NCBI GenBank assembly: GCA_018883365.1
Contig: VEQF01000001.1
Coordinates: 27,883 to 91,882, forward strand
From: Candidatus Nanopelagicaceae bacterium
Lineage (GTDB): Bacteria > Actinomycetota > Actinomycetes > Nanopelagicales > Nanopelagicaceae
Direction of reading: 5' to 3'
DNA: 64,000 nt
In this document: positions 59,101 through 64,000 of the stretch, piece by piece
How the letters are laid out: each line of letters opens with the position of its first letter
Numbering within the stretch: the stretch's first letter is position 1
The notes under the pieces: model-generated
What the model was told of the DNA's origin: nothing
The model's database searches: none
Seen by the model: only the letters and a program-made list of their open reading frames with translations
Translations under genes and position numbers: made by a program

Positions 59101-59686
59101 TAATTTCAAAGTATTTAATCTCTTCAATTTCATCACCAAAAAACTCAATGCGAATTGGATGATCAGCCAGTGGAGGAAAGACATCAATAATGCCTCCGCG
59201 AACCGCGAAATCTCCCCGACGTTCGACCATATCAACTCGGTTGTAAGCTCTAAAAACTAGCTCTTGAATTAATTTTGCAAAGTCGAATTCACTACCGCGG
59301 TCAATAGTTAGAAGTGGCAATTTGATAGCAGCGGAAATTATGGGCTGAATCAAAGCGCGAGCTGATGTAACTACCACCTTTGAATTTTCGATATTCAATA
59401 AGGTGTTGATTCTTTTAGCAACAGTGTCACTATTCGGGCTTAATTTTTCATGGGGCAATGTCTCCCATGCTGGGAACTCCATAACTCCATCGACTAATTC
59501 AGAGAGCTCAGATGCTAGCTCTGTGGCCCGCTGGCTTGAATGCGCAACCACTAATACCTGTTTTTCTTTTGCCTGGTTAGCCACCAAAAATGGGATTGCC
59601 GCTTGATTTGTAATTATGGATTCGGCATTGGATTTCAAGACATCAAGGGTTGTTTCAGATAGCGAGACAAGTGCACGCATTGTCAT
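56195..59686 (-). CDS. mfd: Transcription-repair coupling factor Mfd
   Basis: A CarD-like segment (DYVVHEQHGVGRY), SF2 motifs GDVGYGKTE, DEEQRFG and QLRGRVGR, and a C-terminal TRCF domain. The start is placed at the ATG at 59686; the track TTG at 59731 is possible. Confidence 0.95.
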   Translation of the reverse strand: MTMRALVSLSETTLDVLKSNAESIITNQAAIPFLVANQAKEKQVLVVAHSSQRATELASELSELVDGVMEFPAWETLPHEKLSPNSDTVAKRINTLLNIENSKVVVTSARALIQPIISAAIKLPLLTIDRGSEFDFAKLIQELVFRAYNRVDMVERRGDFAVRGGIIDVFPPLADHPIRIEFFGDEIEEIKYFEISDQRTFAAVTDGVTLIPCREVLIDEQVKQKASKLKLQYPELLEMCNKIESGIYVEGIESLAGVLAPEFNSLLDYLSKDCEIIFLEQERIRSRVQDLINTNQEFLAAAWSNIALTSKGENTKTLVPLRNELQIGAFLELTELQNRAHEKGMLWRSFSSFGYEDDPEIKQFGEIDPYRNKIEKVIADLKSYLNQGFLVVISLQGHGLQERYRDILQEADIPAVLKAGVDNQLVRSSVYLVTSALKNGFVDESNKILFLTEGEITGTRDSRITATRMPSRRKKTIDPLELKSGDYVVHEQHGVGRYVELVQRTVAGASREYLVIEYAASKRGQPADRIYVPTDALEQITRYVGGETPAVHRIGGGDWIKAKSRAKKAVKEIAGELIRLYAARTSSPGFAFSPDTTWQRELEDSFAYVETPDQLVTINEVKADMEKPYPMDRIVCGDVGYGKTEIAIRAAFKAVQDGKQVAVLVPTTLLAQQHFATFSSRYAGFPIKVAALSRFNTNKEINEVLKELSAGSVDVVIGTHRLLSEDVTFRDLGLIIVDEEQRFGVEHKEKLKKLRASVDVLAMSATPIPRTLEMAITGIREMSTIATPPEERHPVLTYVGAYDDKQVAAAIHRELLRDGQVFYIHNRVESIDEVATKIRKLVPEARVAIAHGQMNESALEQVVVAFWNKEFDVLVSTTIVENGIDVANANTLIVERADVFGLSQLHQLRGRVGRSRERAYAYFLYPADKPLSELALDRLTTIAKNTELGAGMQVALKDLEIRGAGNLLGGEQSGHIADVGFDLYMRMVGEAVNDYKRGVIDGVEDIQECKVELPITAHLSAEYVPADRLRLDLYRRLADAKDDAAINAIREELQDRFGPLPHEAQALLRIAQLRTYVKGHGITDFAVQGRFVKVAPFAPTESMELKINRLYPGSIVKSVTKVVLISRPQSAAWESESDEIGDTSLLDWAFELAQTLLERPIRK

Positions 59687-59792
59687 TGTTTTCAACCCTT
59701 TCTTCTTCGCTAAAACGCCGTTTAGCCCCAATCTGGAAATACCAGGGGGCTCAACGATTTTCGCTGGAATTCTATCGTGTAATGATTAGCCA

Positions 59793-62483
59793 GTGACCGC
59801 TCCTGCTGATTTGCAAGACAACGCTGCTCTACGAAGTGACGTCCGCAAGTTAGGCGATTTGCTTGGGCAATCGCTGGCCAGGCAAGATGGCGAGGCGCTG
59901 CTAAATCTAGTTGAGTTAGTTAGAAAATCAGTTCGCGAAGGCACCGGCGAAGATTTGTTGAAATCAATCTCTACCGCCGATTCAGTAAAACTGGTTCGCG
60001 CATTTAATGTCTATTTCAACTTAGCCAATGTGGCTGAACAGGTTCATCGTTCTAGAGTTTTATCGCAAGAGAGAATTTCAGGAGGCTCATGGCTCTCCCG
60101 CGCGGTTGACCATATTCTGGAAGCTAAGAAAACAGGAAATGATTTTTCTGAAAGCGAAATTCGCAAGTGGTTAGAAAACTTTCAGGTACGACCAGTTTTT
60201 ACAGCTCATCCAACTGAAGCAGCACGTAGATCAGTTCTAAGTAAGTTATCTACTATTTCAGAGTTGCTGGATCAACCAGAATCAGCGACTCGGGAGCGCA
60301 GATTGGCAGAGATTGTTGATCTGCTTTGGCAAACCGATGAATTAAGACTCGGCCGTCCAGAGCCGCTTGATGAAGCAATTAACGCACTTTATTATCTTGA
60401 TGATTTGTTCCGATTGACCATTCCTGAGGTATTAGATGATTTTGCCCGTGAACTTTCTCGCTTGGGTATAAAACTTTCTCCGACAGCAACACCTCTCACA
60501 TTTGGCTCCTGGATTGGTGGGGATCGAGATGGAAATCCGAACATCACTCCAGAAATCACCAAACAAGCCATTGTTTTGCAGATGGGTCACGCAATCCGAG
60601 TAACGCTAGAGGCTTTGGATGAACTGCGCCAAGCGCTTTCAGTATCTACAAAACTAGCGGGCACCTCACAACCATTACTGGATTCAGTCGAACAAGATCT
60701 CCAACGTTTGCCAGAAATTGAGCCTCGGTTTAAACGAATCAATGTTGAAGAGCCGTATCGATTAAAAGCAACAGCAATTCGGCATCGATTACTCTTAACT
60801 AGAGATCGCCATAGCAAGGGCGCTGCTCATGAACCCGGTCGTGATTACGCAAATACTAAAGAGCTACTTGAAGACTTAATGTTGATGTACAACTCTTTGC
60901 TGGCAAATCGTGGGGAGTTGATTGCCCATGGATTACTCGAACGCACTATCCGAACCATTTCCGCCTTCGGCCTTACCCATGCAACTATGGATGTTCGAGA
61001 GCATTCTGGAGCACATCAGCGCGTAATAGAAGCTCTGTTTCCTGATGCAAATTACGCGGCCCTGACACCGCTGCAAAAATGTGAGTTTCTAACAGAGAAG
61101 TTAAACGGTGCGATTGTTGACTTTAGTTCACTAGATGAACTTGATGCAAAGACTTTACGCACCTTTGCAGCAATTAGAGATCTGCAAGACAACTTTGATC
61201 CTTCAGTTGTCGAGACTTATATAGTTTCAATGACTAAAGGGCCGGAGGATGTGCTTGCTGCAGCTTATTTAGCTAAGTTGGCCGGTCTTATTGATATTGA
61301 AAAGTCAGTAGCTCGGGTTGATGTTGCTCCTTTGCTTGAAACCGTAGCGGAGCTTCGTGCTGCGGGAGAAATACTGGAGCAGTTACTTGCTAATCCCACA
61401 TATCGAAAATTGGTTGAGCTTCGTGGAAATATTCAGGAAGTAATGTTGGGATATTCCGATTCCAACAAAGATGCCGGAATTGCGACCAGCCAGTGGGAAA
61501 TTCATCAAGCCCAACGCAAACTTCGAGATGTCGCCCGCAAATATGGAATTAAATTGCGACTGTTCCATGGTCGAGGTGGCTCTGTAGGACGCGGTGGAGG
61601 ACCAACCTACGATGCGATTATCGCTTTGCCTTGGGGAACCCTTGATGGTCAGATCAAAATGACAGAACAAGGTGAGGTTATTTCAGATAAATACTCGCTG
61701 CCTTCCCTAGCGCGTGAAAATGTTGAACTTACTTTGGCTGCAGCTTTAGAGGCAACGGTTTTAAACCGTGCTGCAAGACAAACTCCAGAAGATCTGGTCA
61801 AGTGGAATACAACTATGAACTCGATTAGCGATGCTTCATTCGCTCGTTATCGATCACTAGTCGAACATCCCGACTTACCTCAGTATTTCTACCAATCAAC
61901 CCCAGTTGAACAGTTAGGAAATCTTTTCCTAGGTTCTAGACCTTCAAGAAGGCCTGATGCCAGCGCTGATTTGTCCTCGCTTCGCGCAATTCCTTGGGTG
62001 TTTGGCTGGACCCAATCAAGACAGATCGTTCCGGGTTGGTTTGGCGTAGGAAGCGGACTCAAAGCCGCACGTGAAGCTGGCCATGAGTCAACGATGAAGG
62101 TTATGTTGCAGGACTGGCATTTCTTCCGCACCTTTATCTCTAACGTTGAAATGACATTAGCAAAAACAGATTTAGCTATGGCTCGCAAGTATGTATCAGC
62201 TCTCGTTGATCCCGAGCTGCATCACTTTTTGGAGACAATTCAACAAGAGTTTGATTTAACGGTTCAGGAGATTTTGTTACTGACTGGAAAGCAAGAGATT
62301 TTAGGTGATCAAGAGATTCTGGCCCGTACTTTGCAGATTAGAGACGCTTATCTGGCGCCATTGCATCTCCTGCAGATTTCATTATTGAAAAAGGTTAGAA
62401 AAGAAAGTTCGGATTCTTTGATTACCCGTGCGCTATTACTGACTATTAATGGCGTCGCTGCTGGACTAAGAAATACCGGCTGA
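59793..62483 (+). CDS. ppc: Phosphoenolpyruvate carboxylase
   Basis: VFTAHPTEA, GYSDSNKDAG, FHGRGGSVGRGGGP and the C-terminal GLRNTG, 896 aa. GTG start. Confidence 0.95.
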   Translation: MTAPADLQDNAALRSDVRKLGDLLGQSLARQDGEALLNLVELVRKSVREGTGEDLLKSISTADSVKLVRAFNVYFNLANVAEQVHRSRVLSQERISGGSWLSRAVDHILEAKKTGNDFSESEIRKWLENFQVRPVFTAHPTEAARRSVLSKLSTISELLDQPESATRERRLAEIVDLLWQTDELRLGRPEPLDEAINALYYLDDLFRLTIPEVLDDFARELSRLGIKLSPTATPLTFGSWIGGDRDGNPNITPEITKQAIVLQMGHAIRVTLEALDELRQALSVSTKLAGTSQPLLDSVEQDLQRLPEIEPRFKRINVEEPYRLKATAIRHRLLLTRDRHSKGAAHEPGRDYANTKELLEDLMLMYNSLLANRGELIAHGLLERTIRTISAFGLTHATMDVREHSGAHQRVIEALFPDANYAALTPLQKCEFLTEKLNGAIVDFSSLDELDAKTLRTFAAIRDLQDNFDPSVVETYIVSMTKGPEDVLAAAYLAKLAGLIDIEKSVARVDVAPLLETVAELRAAGEILEQLLANPTYRKLVELRGNIQEVMLGYSDSNKDAGIATSQWEIHQAQRKLRDVARKYGIKLRLFHGRGGSVGRGGGPTYDAIIALPWGTLDGQIKMTEQGEVISDKYSLPSLARENVELTLAAALEATVLNRAARQTPEDLVKWNTTMNSISDASFARYRSLVEHPDLPQYFYQSTPVEQLGNLFLGSRPSRRPDASADLSSLRAIPWVFGWTQSRQIVPGWFGVGSGLKAAREAGHESTMKVMLQDWHFFRTFISNVEMTLAKTDLAMARKYVSALVDPELHHFLETIQQEFDLTVQEILLLTGKQEILGDQEILARTLQIRDAYLAPLHLLQISLLKKVRKESSDSLITRALLLTINGVAAGLRNTG

Positions 62484-62484
62484 T

Positions 62485-63105
62485 TTAAGAGTTAAAGTTC
62501 TGTTGGGTTTTTTCTAGTCCATGCTGAACTAAAGACTCAGCAGCCTCAGAACCTGTAATCAAAAACTCCTCAAGGGTTTTGCGCTCCGCACTAGAAAATG
62601 GCTTTAACACAAAATCACCTGGATCTTGCTGTCCTGGAGGTCTACCTATTCCTAAACGCAATCTGAAGTAATCATTAGTGCCAAGTGCAGAGGTAATGCT
62701 TTTCAGGCCGTTATGACCATTATCCCCGCCGCTGAATTTCACTCTAATTGCCTGGTAAGGAATATCAAGTTCATCATGCGCGATGATTATGTGATCACTT
62801 TTGATCTTGTAGAAATCAGCTAAGGCTTTTGTTGGGCCACCGGATTCATTCATATAACAGCGCAAAGTTGCGACCACAAGTGATGGCGCATCAACACCTA
62901 CACCCAAGCGAAATTCAGCAACATTGGCCCGAGCTTTATGGGAGTTGAATTTAGCTCCCGCTACCGAGGCCATTTGTGACACAACCATGGCACCAACGTT
63001 ATGGCGAGTTTTTTCGTACTCCGGCCCTGGATTTCCCAATCCGATAATCAACCAGCGATTAGCGCCAACTGCTTCTTTCGAATTGGATTGAGAACGGCCA
63101 AACAT
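62485..63105 (-). CDS. pth: Peptidyl-tRNA hydrolase
   Basis: LIIGLGNPGPEYEKTRHNVG and GGDNGHNGLKS motifs. Confidence 0.93.
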   Translation of the reverse strand: MFGRSQSNSKEAVGANRWLIIGLGNPGPEYEKTRHNVGAMVVSQMASVAGAKFNSHKARANVAEFRLGVGVDAPSLVVATLRCYMNESGGPTKALADFYKIKSDHIIIAHDELDIPYQAIRVKFSGGDNGHNGLKSITSALGTNDYFRLRLGIGRPPGQQDPGDFVLKPFSSAERKTLEEFLITGSEAAESLVQHGLEKTQQNFNS

Positions 63106-63142
63106 AAAGAAAGGTTAGCCGCAGAGTTAATGAAAGAGGGTT

Positions 63143-63772
63143 TTATTTACCCTCTGCCGCGCCTTCAGCAGGTGCAGCGGCAGCTGCCTCGCCTTCAGTA
63201 GCAGCTGGAGCAGCGGCAACAGCAGCCTCATCAGTGGTTGCACGAACTGAAAGATGGATAACAACCATCTTTGGATCGCTCTTCAAAGTAACGCCAGCAG
63301 GAAGAACAACATCGCCTGCGGTCTTTGATTCACCAGCTGGCAAACCTTCAATGTTCAAATCAAGTGAGGTAGGAATTGCAGTTACATCTGCTTCAACCTC
63401 AATAGTGTTATGGACGTGCTCCAAAATACCTTCTGGATCATGCTTTCCATGTGCGTGAACTGGAACGTTAACGGTTACGCGCTCGCCACGACGGACGATA
63501 ATCAAATCGATGTGCTCAAGAGTTCCCTTGAGTGGATTTCTAACAATGGACTTAGGAAGAACCAACTCTTGCTTGTCACCTAAATCAACATTCAAAAGAA
63601 CGTTGGAGGTTTTAATCGCTACTCCGACTTCGCGCGCTGGTAGAGAGATATGTGTTGGCTTCTCTCCATGACCATAAATAACCGCTGGAACATTGCCATC
63701 GCGACGGATTCTGCGTGATGCGCCTTTTCCGAACTCGTTACGGATTGCGCCTTTGATTGATACTTCAGCCAT
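63143..63772 (-). CDS. rplY: 50S ribosomal protein L25 / general stress protein Ctc form
   Basis: RRIRRDGNVPAVIYGHG at the N-terminus, a two-domain Ctc length, and an Ala/Glu-rich tail. It lies upstream of pth, as in other actinobacteria. Confidence 0.92.
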   Translation of the reverse strand: MAEVSIKGAIRNEFGKGASRRIRRDGNVPAVIYGHGEKPTHISLPAREVGVAIKTSNVLLNVDLGDKQELVLPKSIVRNPLKGTLEHIDLIIVRRGERVTVNVPVHAHGKHDPEGILEHVHNTIEVEADVTAIPTSLDLNIEGLPAGESKTAGDVVLPAGVTLKSDPKMVVIHLSVRATTDEAAVAAAPAATEGEAAAAAPAEGAAEGK

Positions 63773-63866
63773 TTTTGTCTTACCTTTCGTCGATAACGGG
63801 GTGACCCCTCGCCTTAAGTGGCCGCAAGGTTATCCAAGCCCAGCGAGAACTGCCAAATCCGCAGAA

Positions 63867-64000
63867 CTAGCTGCGAACCGCCCGTCTTATGCGCAAGAAA
63901 ACTAGTAAAACCAGTGCAAGCAAAGCCCCGGCACCAATGAAATGCCATAAGCCAAATGGAAATCTTTCATGACTTGGTAAATCTGGATCTATTGCACCGG
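63867..64000 (-). CDS. C-terminal fragment of a hypothetical membrane protein (gene begins beyond the window end)
   Basis: This minus-strand frame is open from the window edge to the TAG at 63869-63867. Translation: ...PSHERFPFGLWHFIGAGALLALVLLVFLRIRRAVRS. It is too short to classify. Confidence 0.3.
   Translation of the reverse strand, partial: GAIDPDLPSHERFPFGLWHFIGAGALLALVLLVFLRIRRAVRS

Overview
This is a densely packed chromosomal core region with no rRNA, CRISPR array, transposase or integrase. I take it to be from a moderate/low-GC, streamlined member of the Actinomycetota. That assignment is inferred from three things: actinobacterial hallmark genes (fused Kgd-type 2-oxoglutarate dehydrogenase, WhiB7, SigH/RsrA-type pair, UPF0182, PhoH2, UvrD2, HisN), synteny with the M. 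tuberculosis blocks Rv3193c-Rv3199c and pth-rplY...mfd-mazG-eno-ppx, and many 1-4 nt gene overlaps.

Contents, left to right:
- pstA'/pstC, orn, and kgd.
- The Ni-superoxide dismutase pair sodX/sodN.
- A sigH-type ECF sigma with its ZAS anti-sigma factor and an exact GGAAT-N18-GTT promoter.
- aroA, rsgA and hisN, then a Cu-type P1B ATPase and TerC.
- Initiator tRNA-Met.
- UPF0182, a PDZ/Lon-like protease and a DUF2342 metalloprotease.
- An M48-like peptidase, a 52-aa zinc ribbon and an orphan RRE+E1-like protein.
- ABC1 kinase, whiB7 with a uORF/terminator leader, uvrD2 and nudC.
- A two-gene phage-like cassette.
- typA, ychF, rmuC, ispH, xseAB, class I fumarase and phoH2.
- A Z-prenyl transferase, SURF1 and greA.
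- An ABC-2 exporter and two MFS pumps.
- BI-1, an odd tRNA(UAA), and UDG.
- ppx, DUF501, ftsB-like, eno, mazG, mfd, ppc, pth and rplY.

I did not find a clear-cut novel multi-gene system. The observations most worth follow-up are:
1. A perfectly folding class-I-shaped (short variable loop) tRNA carrying the Leu anticodon UAA.
2. An orphan RiPP-recognition-element + E1-like protein sitting next to an unannotated Cys4 mini-protein, with no YcaO partner.
3. A Gam/Gp157-like plus Rad52/Sak-like two-gene cassette embedded in housekeeping genes.
4. The complete whiB7 attenuator architecture.
5. A nested GC-rich RNA hairpin with a C-rich apical loop.

All functional calls come from reading motifs and synteny by eye. 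No database searches were run.
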